Below are positions 1 through 12,700 of a DNA stretch of 56,575 nt, piece by piece. Numbering within the stretch: the stretch's first letter is position 1; each line of letters begins with the position of its first letter. The DNA comes from Macrostomum lignano (taxonomy: Eukaryota), in assembly GCA_002269645.1 (NCBI GenBank), contig NIVC01001582.1, positions 1-56,575 of the forward strand, in the 5' to 3' direction. Under the pieces are notes generated by a model. The model was not told the origin of the DNA, searched no databases, and saw nothing but the letters and a program-made list of their open reading frames with translations. Position numbers and translations under genes: made by a program.

Positions 1-2126
1 AAAAAACGGAATGCAAAAGTTACCTATAAAATCATGATTGGCAGTTAATTCCTTCTCTTGTCTCTTATTCGAATGCGTATGCGCAAATCCCTTGGACATA
101 GCTACAGTTGAATTTCATTTAATATGCATCATCATTAGTTTGTCGTAAGTAACGTTAACGACATGCGAAAACTATCCCAACATTACGAGTGCTTTATTTT
201 CAAAGAAAACCGATGTTTCACTCAACTCAACACTGTTTCACAAAATTGTTAATTAATTTGTTGATAAATTGTGGTTTGATTTGCGTTTCCTAGTAGATTA
301 AAGAGTAAAGCCGCTGTGCGAAAACCCTATTAAACAGTTAATAAACGTCATATCAACCGAGGGAAGTGCGTAGGCCTATCATAAGTTACAGTTATTTAAC
401 TTGAATTATCATCATGGATTCAACTCATCTTCTGGCACTTAAAGGTGAGCGTTCTTAACTAGTATTGAATGAAATGAAAATATTTTTAAAATTTTCCTTT
501 TTTGTTTTGATGTTAATAAGTCTTCTTTTATATTTTACCAAGTAAATTTATTAGACACAAAATATGTGGTAAACCACATTAGGCATACAAAAAAACTTAT
601 GTTCATTCTAAATTTATAATATATCTACTATGGATTAGTTTTTTTTCAAAAAGTTAGATTTAATATTTATTTTACCCTTATATATAATATGTTTCTTAAT
701 ACATGGTAATTTTGGAAAGTTTAAAAATATGTTGAGTCTATAACATCTAACATTAAATATCTAATATCTAAGACTTAAAAGAATGCTATGCCACTGAAAC
801 TTTATCTTCTTGCCAACTCTACAAAATATTTTTGAGTAAAAACTCAGAAGTTATTTATATAGTATTTAATGAATTATTATATATTAGTATAATTATAAAG
901 ACCTTTACCTTTGTATATCATGATTCATGTATTACCATTGTATATCATGTTATGCTCTGCTTAGTTTTTAGTGTTCTACCAAAAAATCAAAAAATGCACA
1001 AAATGATTGGTTATCATTTTCAATTTATTCCAATATGCAAGTAAGCTATTATATTATAAGTTTATAGGGTTACTAGAAAATAAAAAAATAATTTTAATTA
1101 ACTTAAAAACTTTGTCTTCCACCAGGAAGGCAACAAAGAAAAGAATATTTTTTGAATAAAATATATGTTTCAACAGTTTATAGGTACTAGACATATTATT
1201 AATTATTAAGTAAAATGATATTTACAACAAAATATCTAGGCTAAAAGCAAATTATCTAGCCTAAGATATTGGCACCTCCTTTTCTTAGTCAAGATCATGG
1301 CATACCTATGTCAGAACAAATCCTATCAAAAAAGTTTGCTTGCACTGTGCCTAAACTTTAGTAAAAACATAAGAATAAAAAAGTACTGGTAAAACTTGTA
1401 TATAAATCTATTTCATAGTCATAGAAATTAGAAAGTGGAATATTAACATTTATTTTAATTGAAAAAGCCCTCAACATACCAACAAACAAAAAAGTGCTAC
1501 TTTTCTATTTGCAAAATATTGTCTTATAGAAAGTTTTTATTTTGTACCAAATTGTTTTCCTTGATTGCTTTGAACACCAATTTAATATTTATTTGAAGGC
1601 TTAGCCTATCTTTTTTAATCTGGATTAAGTTGTATCCAGCAAAATGATGATTGCTTTGATCCTGGAAAAGTTTGCATCTATGTTCATATTTACAAGTAAA
1701 CTGTCTCATAAACTATTTTGGGCTTGTTTTACAATCAAAAGATTATTTGTTATTATAAAAATAATATAAACTTTAACAAAGTATTTATTATAGGTTATCT
1801 GCAAATATGAGTTGTACAAAATATAAAATTATTAGTTATAGAACAGAAGACCTTTTATAATTCTAGTATAATTACAAATATATATATAAACTAAAATGTC
1901 TTTTTGGCATAATAATATATTAACTCTTTAATTTAAAAATATTCCAGTGTTATTTTGTTTTTAGGATTTTGTTATTTATGTCAAGGCTAAATAGGGCTTA
2001 ACAATAACATATATTAGTGCATTTTTTAAATGCAATAGAATAGTATTTGTATAAAATATGCTTCTAGATATACCCTCTTAAGGTATTGTAATATTGTACC
2101 TTTTCTACCAACTGATATATTAATCT

Positions 2127-2180
2127 TAGGGTTGGCAAACTCTGGCCTGTAGGCTGCATAAAGCATCTATCCAGCCCTAG
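2127..2180. mobile_element. Degenerate hAT (Charlie/MER58-like) MITE left end
   Basis: TAGGGTTGGCAAACTCTGGCCTGTAGGCTGCAT resembles the common hAT-MITE end CAGGGGT(C/T)GGCAAACTACGGCCCGCGGGCCGCAT with each CpG changed to TG, CA or TA. No clear right end or TSD found. Confidence 0.35.
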
Positions 2181-2224
2181 GCTCTTTTTAAATTTCACAA
2201 TGGCAATCTGGCCTGCTCAAGTTT

Positions 2225-2385
2225 TGTCTCTTCTTAGCTGTCTTTTTTCTCTATTCTTCCCTCTCCACTCCCTTCCTCTCTCTTCCCTCCTTTCCCTTCT
2301 CCTTTCTCCCATCCCCTCTCCTCTCTTTTCTTTCTCCTCCCCTTCTCCTCTCTCCCTCCTTTCACCTCTATCTTCCTTTTTTCTA
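2225..2385 (+). repeat. Polypyrimidine (C/T) low-complexity tract
   Basis: About 160 nt almost entirely C and T on the + strand. Confidence 0.9.
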
Positions 2386-3157
2386 GCTGCAGTTATGTGG
2401 TAGATTCTATATCTGGACCCTGTAGTAATAAGTTAAGAACCAAAAATAAACATTAGTATACAATATCTCTTGTTTTAACAATTGTTCCAAGTTGTCTAAC
2501 TGTGTTTCTATCTAATATTTGTAGATTACACTTATAACTAAAACAAGACAACCACTAAGACAAGACAAGATATGCTAATTTAGAAGCTGAGAAAATGTTT
2601 TTGAGAAGTTGATGGTCATTCTATTGAATATTACAGTATTACAAATTTAATTTCATACTTATAAGCAAATCTTTAGTCTAATGATATCATAGTACCCATT
2701 AAAGTAGATACTTAAAGCTAAAGAGTGAGTAGTAGTATACAGAAAGTATTTTTGACAATTTTTAGATTTGTAGACAGACTAATTATATTGAGGCAATCTA
2801 GTCTTGATTCACTGATGTATGCATAATAGATTTTTTACTTAGCTAATTATAATTTCCTATTTTATGTATTACTCTTCAAATTATTTATCAAATTTATCTG
2901 AGTTGGCAAATTTCACAGGTTGCTACTGCATTCCTTACTGCTAAAAGCTTTTAGTAATACCTGAAATTTCAGTCAGAAAAAAATGAGCTCGACTGTGAAC
3001 TGTGTGTATTTGTTGTGTTAAGGACAGTTATCAGTGTTTAATAAATTTATGCAATAATTAAGCAGCAAAAATTAATCTTTGATATGCCATAACTTTTGAT
3101 TGTTCAGGATTCACAAAATTTTACTTGAATTAGGCTTGAATATAATGACAAGAATGC

Positions 3158-3677
3158 GATGAGCTGACACTCAATGAGCTGACATTCAATGAGCTGACAT
3201 TTGATGAGCTGACACTCAATCAGCTGACATTCAATCAGCTGACATTCAATCAGCTGACATTCAATCAGCTGACATTCAATCAGCTGACATTCAATCAGCT
3301 GACATTCAATCAGCTGACATTTGATGAGCTGACACTCAATCAGCTGACATTCAATCAGCTGACATTCAATCAGCTGACATTCAATCAGCTGACATTTGAT
3401 GAGCTGACACTCAATCAGCTGACATTCAATCAGCTGACATTCAATCAGCTGACATTCAATCAGCTGACATTTAATCAGCTGACATTCAATCAGCTGACAT
3501 TCAATCAGCTGACATTCAATCAGCTGACATTCAATCAGCTGACATTCAATCAGCTGACATTTGATGAGCTGACACTCAATCAGCTGTCATTCAATCAGCT
3601 GACATTCAATCAGCTGACATTTAATCAGCTGACATTCGATAAGCTGACATTCAATCAGCTGACATTCGATAAGCTGA
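3158..3677. repeat. 15-bp minisatellite (CAGCTGACATTCAAT)n, ~35 copies
   Basis: Clear 15-bp period; the array begins 4 nt downstream of the SLC10A-like stop codon on the - strand. Confidence 0.97.
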
Positions 3678-3681
3678 GCAG

Positions 3682-6600
3682 TCAGAGAGTCGTGACTTTC
3701 TGTTTTTCCGTGGCCACCGCCGCCTTGGCCTCCTCCTTGGCGGCGTCCTCGATGGCCAGCGGCGCGGACACCGCAGTGACGTCCTCGGCCATGCGGGCCA
3801 GGCTGCTCACTATGCTGAACTGCCTGCTCTGCTTCTCCTTGCGCCTGTCGATGAAGCCGGCCAGCCAGCCTTTGACTCGGTGTGCCACCACGTAGATCAC
3901 AATGGGCGCCGGGGTGAGGATGGCGGCGGCCAGCGGCAGCACCGTGGCCAAGTCGGCAGTCGGCGGGTCGCAGGCCGAGCGAATGGCCGGGATGGCGATG
4001 AGGCTGGCGGAGGCGGCGGTCTCAGCGGCCATGGCTTTCCGACCGGGCTTGGCCTGCTTGGCCAGGGCGCCCGCCAGGCCGCCGGCGCTGAACGCCGCCC
4101 CGATGAAGGCCAGCACGCAGCAGAGGGCGCGCGTCCAGGTGGTCGATGGCGTAGTGGTTGATGTAGATGCCCAGCGTCACCAGCAGGATGGCCGCCAGCA
4201 GCAGCAGCGGCCTGCCTGCCCAGTTCAGCGCGGCCTGGGCCAGGCTTGGCCGGCAGGTGGCCAGCAGGGCGCCGATCAGCTGGGCGCCGAGCGGCGGCAG
4301 CAGCCACAGAGCGGCCAGGTGCAGCCGCACCCGGAAGCCGAGCCACCGGGACAGCAGGGCCAGCCAGGCCGGTGACATGCCTTGAATTGCATGACAAGAA
4401 TTAAATTAACATTGAGTACTGACTACTTGTTTGCCTCGGCCTGGTCAGTAGGCATTTCAGCGAACCAGTGTGCAATTCATCATGAATCCGCGGGACTTGG
4501 GTGCTTTTTTATTATGTCAGTTATTGCTGGAGTTCAGCCTGAATGCGCCAGATGCAATATCCTTATGGACCTTCTGGCACACCTGGACAGCCAGGCGCTG
4601 CTCACTGTGTTTGCCATCATGCGAGGCCAGGAAGCTGGCTGTCAGGCCGTTGCCACCCCCCCCGCACAGACTCACCCGGATTGAGCAGCGCGTTCATCAG
4701 CGACACGGCCGCTGACAGATTCCTGTCCCCCTCCATCAGGTAGACGGTGAGGTGGGCCAGGCCGCCGCCGGGCATTGCCGCTATGGCAACGAGGCCCAGG
4801 CCCGTGTCCTCCTCCAGGCCGAACGCTTTGTACAGGCCGAGCGCCATCTGAATAATTCGAATTGGCAGGTGAAAAAAGTGCTCAAACTTCAGCTTTTGTC
4901 GTGCGTGTTTTTGCAAGGCAAAAACTCCGGATTCGCGCTGCTTGGCTTCCGAATCCGGGCATCTGCCTTGCGCATCCGCTGTCTGAAATCCGCTGAAGTT
5001 TGTTGTTTATATAAAAGTGCAGACAGGCCGTCTGTTGATCCCTTGAATGGGGGGGGGTTTAGGCCGCCGAAGCCCGGTGAGCGGGACTTCTTTCTTGTGA
5101 GAGGCTTTTTTACTCCTCCGTTCCGACCAGCAAATCTCTGGCGGCAGCTTCTGAACCGGACGGGCGTGCGTGGTGTGCCGGCTTTGAAAATGGGAGACGG
5201 TTCTGGCCAGGCTAATGGATTGGTTTTGGGCGTGACTTTTCCTCTCTCGCTCACTCCTGCCCTCTGGAGTTTGGGCTTGCCAAAATAACCGCCCCGTTCC
5301 ATTCCGGATCTCATTGTGCCTCTCAGCTAACCGCAGAGCCTCTCTCAGTGTCTGTCTGATCTTCAGCAGAGCTCCGCATGCCATTTGGCCGCCCATTTGC
5401 TAATCTGATTCTGCTGCTGCCGTCCCACCCCTCTTCTCGTCCATTAAACCTCAAGTCGGAAACTTCTCATCTCAATCTCGGTCGCTTCGCGATCCCATTG
5501 ATAATCAGGGGATGAAGAGGGGATGCTGAGTCGGTATTGTTCGACTCCTATAAGAACCTGAATTTACAGAAAGTTAAGAGGGCGGCTTGGCTGCCACTTG
5601 AGAGTTCAGCAGTCAGCCTGAGGCGCAGCACCATGAGAGGGATGCTCAGCTTGCCAGGAATTTCTTTGCTCCCGAGTCCGTCGGGAGATGCGGGACTTCC
5701 TTCCCTGGGCCCCGAAGGAAATCAGCATCGGTCGTGTGTGAAAGCTTTGGGGGGGGGCTGCCGGCCTCGGTGCTCCGTGCTGCTGGATGGCGATCCGGCG
5801 GGATCCTGACGCTGCAAATCCCCGCCGCACGGAAGAAGGGATTTTGCTGCAACATTTCTGACGGCTCCCTGCTAGCCCCACCGAGCTGGGGGCGCCGTCT
5901 GTCAGATCCCACGCCGAGCTTGGAAACATCTGAGAGTGATGGAGAGAGCTTGGATTACGACTAGGGTTGAGGGCTATTTGTGTGGAGGATCGAGGCGAAT
6001 CTGCTTGAGATTTCCTCAATAGGAAGGCCTGATCCGGGTGAACTACAAGGGCTGGGCTGGCGTCCTGCAAACGAGGAGCTCAATGGCTTTGAGGATGAAA
6101 AAGCCCTATCCCGGTCCGTATTGATTTCTGAGCTGCCTGCGCTGAACCTTTGGTCTGCCGAGTCCCAGACTCGGGGTGCCCGGCAATAGGAGTCCCCGCC
6201 CCCTGGGCTAATTTCTTAATCCCACTCTGTTCGCTCAGTGCAGTGTGCTCGTTTGACTCTATTTTCAATGCTGGAAATCCGAAAGAGGCTTTGAGTCTCC
6301 CGGCCTCATCGTGGGCCTATTCTCCTCAGTTAAGTCATTTTCTCCATCGCTACGAGGCGCAGTCTCCTCCCCCCTGGCCGCTCACTCGATCACTTCCCTC
6401 CGTTCGCTACTTCATCCCGGACTCGCCTCCGCCCCAGCGATTCGCCGTGCCATTAGCGCCGCTCTAGGGGGTGGCTAATTAGATTTCCTGGCGCCGAAGC
6501 CCGCCTGCATGTCGCGAGACTGCCAGTCCCAGCCTGTCCACCCTCAATGGATGGCGCCCCGATAAAGAAGCAGGACACTTCTTTAATTCATCTCTGCCCA

Positions 6601-8286
6601 TTCAAACCCCGGTGCCTGCAATAACAGTGCTATCTGCTGCTACTCCAGTGCGCAGAGGATACTCACTAAAGTACTTGAAGAATTCGAGAGCGAGCAAACA
6701 CTTGTCTGCCCCGGACACTTGGCTCTGCATCCATTATCAAAAAATGAGTTCATACTTCTAAACCAGTTGGTTACTTCTGCTGAAGTTTACATTGTGCCCT
6801 AAATTTAGTCTCAATTACTATAGATAGTAGTCTTTTGAGGCCATAGCTGGTAGAAGGAATATAAAACATTTTTGATTCCAGCTCAGCCAGAGCTGCTGGG
6901 GCCTGTGAGAACTGGCTGTCAAACAATGGGCATCGCTGATTCCAGCTCAGCCAAAGCTGCTGGGGCCTGTGAGAACTGGCTGTCAAACAATGGGCATCGC
7001 TGATTCCAGCTCAGCCAGAGCTGCTGGGGCCTGTGAGAACTGACTGTCAAACAATGGGCATCGCTGATTCCAGCTCAGCCAGAGATGCAAAGGCCTGTGA
7101 GAACTGACTGTCAAACAATGGGCATCGCTGATTCCAGCTCAGCCAGAGATGCAAGGGCCTGTGAGAACTGGCTGTCAAACAATGGTCATCGCTGATTCCA
7201 GCTCAGCCAGAGATGCAAGGGCCTGTGAGAACTGGCTGTCAAACAATGGTCATCGCTGATTCCAGCTCAGCCAGAGATGCAAGGGCCTGTGAGAACTGGC
7301 TGTCAAACAATGGTCATCGCTGATTCCAGCTCAGCCAGAGATGCAAGGGCATGTGAGAACTGACTGTCAAACAATGGGCATCGCTGATTCCAGCTCAGCC
7401 AGAGATGCAAAGGCCTGTGAGAACTGACTGTCAAACAATGGGCATCGCTGATTCCAGCTCAGCCAGAGATGCAAGGGCCTGTGAGAACTGATTGTCAAAC
7501 AATGGGCATCGCTGATTCCAGCTCAGCCAGAGATGCAAGGGCCTGTGAGATAAGCAGTGATGAATGCCAAGCAGTACGCACCGGCGGCAGCAGGAGGTGC
7601 TGAACCAGCAGGCAGCTGACGAGGCCCAGAGGGCTGGCAAAGTACGGCCGGACCTGCCTCAGGTCGGTCATGCAGCCCATGCACAGGGCCAGGGTGCAGG
7701 CCACCAGGCCGACCGCCCAATTGAATGCCGCGTCGATCAGCCGAGGCTTCCGCACCGTCACCACCGGCACGTGGCGCTGCGCCACCTCGGTCATCGAGTG
7801 CCGCCCCCCGTCCAGGACGATTTCTTCATCGGCAACCGGGCTGGCAAAGCCCTCGGCCGCGCCGCTGGCATTCCAGGCCAGCAGTCGGAGCAGCGCAGAG
7901 GTTCGGCCCACGTTGTTAGCCTCAATGTAGATTGGCGAGCCGTAGGCCAGGTCCTTGGCTGTGCACAGGTCGCCGCCGAACTCGCCGCCGCAGTTCCGCT
8001 TCGGCGTCGGGTGCTGCTGGCGCTCGCGCCGTCCGCTGGCGGTTATGGCCACGAGCTGCGCATTGGCCACCAGGGTGCGCGTGCCCAGGCTGAAGCCGCG
8101 CCGGATCAGCTCCGCGCAGCAGGTGCAGTTCAGGTGCAGTCGCTGGTAGCGGCCAACCGTGAGGCCGCTCACCGATGCAGGACTGATGCTCAGTTCGCAG
8201 GTGTCGCCAGACTCTGTGCCGATTGCAGTTGTTGTCCATTGCAAACAGCAGAGGCACAGCAGCCTCAGCAGCAGAGTGGCTTGCAT
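3682..8286 (-). CDS. SLC10A-family (Na+/bile acid cotransporter, SLC10A3/P3-like) membrane protein, 3 exons, with a frameshift in exon 3
   Basis: Exons 8286..7582, 4847..4676, 4380..3682; all GT-AG with consistent phases. Signal peptide (MQATLLLRLLCLCCLQW), long luminal N-terminus, then ALCMGCMTDL...LLVQHLLLPP|MALGLYKAF...AAMPGGGLAHLTVYLMEGDRNLSAAVS...LLNP|GMSP, matching SLC10A2 MFSMGC...QFGIMP...GCCPGG...DGDMDLSVSM...LGMMP. The summed CDS is 1576 nt (3n+1); the frame shifts near 4120-4130. Confidence 0.85.
6874..7550. repeat. 64-bp tandem repeat, ~10.5 copies, in SLC10A-like intron 1
   Basis: GATTCCAGCTC recurs at 6874, 6938, etc.; unit GATTCCAGCTCAGCCAGAGATGCAAGGGCCTGTGAGAACTGGCTGTCAAACAATGGGCATCGCT. 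The array ends ~30 nt from the donor. Confidence 0.95.
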
Positions 8287-9777
8287 GGCCGACTGGATTT
8301 TCCAATCTGGTGATTTTGTCAAAATGGGACAAATTTGTCTCTGTTGAAGTTGCGTTCAGAAAGTTCCGGAACTGACCTGCTTTCTTTGAGCTTTGCTTCA
8401 GGCTCTCCGGCTGCAGGCGTTTTCTTGGGCTAAAATTCACGGTAGGAGGACTCTTTCGGCTGGCAGGACGGCTGCCCCGATTTTTCCCACACTTGCACGC
8501 CGGGCAAGCCCTCGGTGTTCAGTTTTCTTTCTTCTCCTAGGCCGCTCTCCATCAATCCTCCAGCCTCCTCCTGCTATTGGAGGCGGTCGGATTTCCCCAG
8601 CGCCCAGTCACTGTCTGGCTGTACGGCCCGCCTCCCCTCACCGAGGCTCCTCAGTCCGACTGCGCTGCGGAATATCCTGCGTCTGTGCGTCTGCCTGACA
8701 TCATAAACAAGCCTGTCCAAGATTTTCATTCGGCAAATAGCAGATTAGCTTCTGCAGAAACTGTGCAAGCCTGTGCCCAGCATTGGCACATCCATCTTCT
8801 TCGACCATCTTCCTGTGTCTGAGACCGGCAAACAGTCCAATTTCCTTGGCTAAGGAATGCTGCGACACAAGATTAAACAGACACAACCACTGCTAGTGCC
8901 GGTCTCCGGGGCCAGGCAGAGCGAGCGCAGGGCCTTGAGGGAAATGCAAAGACTCTTTTTCTTCTTTCATTCCTTTGAGCAGTCGGAAATTTTCAGGCTC
9001 TTTCTCGATTCAACCCGCCTAAAGTCGCCCTGGCCCGCGTCTTCCTCTGTCTAATCTCTCGCTTCTCTGTTCCCACTGGGTCTCTCCGTGTTCCCGGGCT
9101 TGCTAAAAGGAACTTCAGGGCAGAGGAGACGCTGGCAGGCGAGTCGTGTCTCTGGTTCGATTTCGATCTGCCGGGTGTCCAGCAATTAGGCCCTCACTTC
9201 ACCATTCCGCAATCTTCAACTCTGAATAATAAAGCGGCCTCATTAAAATAGATCGAAAAGGGACGGCTCAGGGAGGCCTCGTGCTCCCCCCCCCCGCATC
9301 CCAGCGGCGGTGACAGCCGGCCCTCTGCTGATAAGTGCGCGTCTATTTCGGGCGTGTCAGCGTCGCAACAGGCGGAGCGCCGCTCTGTCTGAGCGCGTGA
9401 ATTTGCATGCAACCCGCGCTCACGCCCGAGATCGCGCTAATCACATTCGGCAGCTTCCATCCCTCTGTCTCTTTCTTTCCCTACCCGCTCCGCTTTACTT
9501 CAAGGGAAAGATGGGGAGTCGAGAAGCAAGGGAAGGCGCATCGGCACAGCGGGGCTGTAAACTGTCGGATTAGGGCTGCCGATCCCGCTGCGGCAACAGC
9601 GCGGGGTGCGGAGTCAAAGAGAAGGCGCCTCCTCTGGCTCGCACCCTCCCCAGCCCCCCTTGCATGTCGATGAGAGCTCAGCGAGTCGCGCCGACTTCGT
9701 GGGTACAAAAAGTGGAATAAATGGAGACGTGGGGGGGAGTGAGAAACACGAGAGAAGGCGGCAGTGCAGCTACAGTC

Positions 9778-12700
9778 ATGGAACGCCTCTACCTTGTAGT
9801 GATGCGCCTGACCCGGCCCTCCTTTGTCACTGAGACGCCGCTGGTGACTTTCGACCCGCGCGACCTGTTCGCCCAGTCGGCTCCGGCGCTGTCCCCGCAG
9901 AAGTGCGCCGCCAATCAGCGCGACATCGCCGAGGGCGCCGGCCACCAGAAGATCAACCTGACCGACATGCTGAGCCTGCCGCAGAACTTTGGCAACATCT
10001 ACCTGGGCGAGACTTTCTCAGCCTACGTGTCCGTGCACAACGACTGCAACTTCCTCTGCCGGGACATCATCGTTAAGGCTGACCTGCAGACCAACTCCAG
10101 CAAGGTGGCCATGACGGCCGGCAGTGCCGAGCCCGTCTCCGAGCTGCCGCCCGACCGCTCCATTGACGAGGTGCTGACCCACGAGGTCAAGGAGCTGGGG
10201 CCGCACATCCTGGTCTGCACCGTGTCCTACACTTCGCACTCGTCTGAGAAGCTCTACTTCAAGAAGTACTTCAAGTTTCAGGTTGGCCTCTGCCTTATTC
10301 TGCCCCGGGTATTGCTCACTCAGCTCGCATGGGGGGGAGGCCAGCAGTCATGCCCGTTCTCTTGAGCTTCTCTGAGGTGCCATCTGCTTTATTAGTGAGT
10401 AATTTCAGGTATTTAAATTAATTTTACAGGTGCAGCGGCCTCTGGACGTTAAGACAGACTTTCGCACCACGGAGAATGACAAGGTTTTTCTTGAGGCCAA
10501 AATTCAGAACATCACCTCCGGGCCGATCTTCTTGGAGCGCGTCTTCCTGGAGCCGTCGCCCAACTTCCAGCTGCTCGACACGCCTTCTACCGACAGAGAG
10601 GAGTGAGTGGCGTGGGTGACTGGGGAGTGACTGGCGTGGGTGACTTAGGAGTAAGTGGCGTGGGTGACTGGGGAGTGAGTGGCGTGGGTGACTGGGGAGT
10701 GGCGTGGGTGACTGGAGAGTGACTGGCGTGGGTGACTTGGGAGTGAGTGGCGTGGGTGACTTGGGAGTGAGTGGCGTGGGTGACTGGGGAGTGGCGTGGG
10801 TGACTTGGGAGTGAGTGGCGTGGGTGACTGGGGAGTGGCGTGGGTGACTGGAGAGTGAGTGGCGTGGGTGACTGGGGAGTGACTGGCGTGGGTGACTGGG
10901 GAGTGACTGGCGTGGGTGACTTGGGAGTAAGTGGCGTGGGTGACTTGGGAGTGAGTGGCGTGGGTGACTGGGAGTGGCGTGGGTGACTGGGGAGTGGCGT
11001 GGGTGACTGGGGAGTGGCGTGGGTGACTGGGGAGTGGCGTGGGTGACTGGGGAGTGGCGTGGGTGACTGGGGAGTGGCGTGGGTGACTGGGGAGTGGCGT
11101 GGGTGACTGGGGAGTGGCGTGGGTGACTGGGGAGTGGCGTGGGTGACTGGGGAGTGGCGTGGGTGACTGGGGAGTGGCGTGGGTGACTGGGGAGTGGCGT
11201 GGGTGACTGGGGAGTGGCGTGGGTGACTGGGGAGTGGCGTGGGTGACTGGGGAGTGAGTGGCGTGGGTGACTAAGAAGTGAGTAGCGAGCATCGTGTATG
11301 CTGGAGATGAAGTCTCAAACGCTTCCATTCATCCCCTCGTCTCCCCTCCGCCAGCGACAGCGGAGTCCGGGTGCCCGAGTGCCTGCGGGAGCAGGAGACC
11401 CGCCAGTTCCTGTACCGCCTCCGCCCCGCCGCTTCTGGCGACACGCAGCCGCAGCCGCAGCAACCGTCAGTTGGCGGCGCCTCCGTGACGGTGGGCAAGC
11501 TGGACATCACGTGGCGCAGCCAGATGGGGCAGCGGGCTCGACTGCAGACCAGCCCTCTGTGCACTGCCGTGAGTTCCTCTGTCTGCTCATCTCATCTGGC
11601 TGGCTGCTGGCTGCGTGGCATTTGAGTTCAATGTAGCTGTAGTGCTGGCTCTGGTTGCTGGCCTCGTCTGGAGTAAGATTTTAGTAGTTAGGGATTGGGA
11701 GTTTAGTAGTTCGGGATTGGGAGTTTAGTAGTTTGGGATTGGGAGTTTAGTAGTTTGGGATTGGGAGTTTAGTAGTTTGGGATTGGGAGTTTAGTAGTTT
11801 GGGATTGGGAGTTTAGTAGTTTGGGATTGGGAGTTTAGTAGTTTGGGATTGGGAGTTTAGTAGTTTGGGATTGGGAGTTTAGTAGTTTGGGATTGGGAGT
11901 TTAGTAGTTTGGGATTGGGAGTTTAGTAGTTTGGGATTGGGAGTTTAGTAGTTTAAGATTGGGAGTTTAGTTGTCTGTGATTAGCATTTAGTACACGTAG
12001 TTTTGGAGTTGGATTTTCGTAGTTTAGAGATTTTTATATCATTGTTACTTTGTTTATTTACTATCAAATAAACTGGCAATTGTTAAGTAGAAGTCCACCC
12101 GAGTACTGCATAAAACTGACTCAGCGCAGTCAGCGCCGCAAGTTCCACATTGTTCAATGCAATCCGCACGCTACGCCCCCACTTTGCATACCCGAACCTG
12201 CAGGCATTCGTGAGTCTGTTGCGAGATATTTCACATGCTTATTGCTTTTTCTTGATGTGCTGTGGTGTCCTGCTTGCAGTCGTCAACTCGGATTTTTGCC
12301 AATTTTTATCACCAGAATCGCGGGAGCAGAGACCGCCCAATGCCTGTCATTTTCGCTCTTCATTTTAGGCCGACACAAGCAAATTGGTCTGCCCTTGCTT
12401 TGACAGCGGATTCTGCTCCTCATTTTTAATTTTCTGATTTTTCACTCGCTCTTCTTCATTCACTTTTTTTCATATTTTTCTTCACGGGCAAAGCCCGGTC
12501 CGACAGGGTTTTTTCTGTCGCCGTTTAATAAAATTGTGCGACCGCCGTTTACTCTACTGACAGTAGGCTGGTCGCGAAACTTGCCTCGATTTTATTGCTC
12601 TTTTTCTGCTGATTCGGCCGGTGTCGGTGGGTTCGGCTTTGCCTTCTTGCCTCTTTGTTCAGCGTTCTTTCTAGCCACAGTCGGTTCTCAAACCTCACTG

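Noticed and set aside
436-446. TTAAAGG as a Kolobok/piggyBac terminus at the edge of the CpG-free block
   Set aside because: Too short, and no matching opposite end in the window.
3692-4397. Several + strand and alternate-frame ORFs over SLC10A exon 3 (likewise 7564-8313, 19213-20286, 50988-51700, 54660-55910)
   Set aside because: Shadow ORFs from GC-rich codon usage of the real gene on the other strand or frame.
6486-6502. TGGCGCCGAAGCCCG as an LTR primer-binding site
   Set aside because: Poor match to the tRNA-Lys PBS (TGGCGCCCGAACAGGGAC); no flanking LTR or gag/pol ORF recognised.
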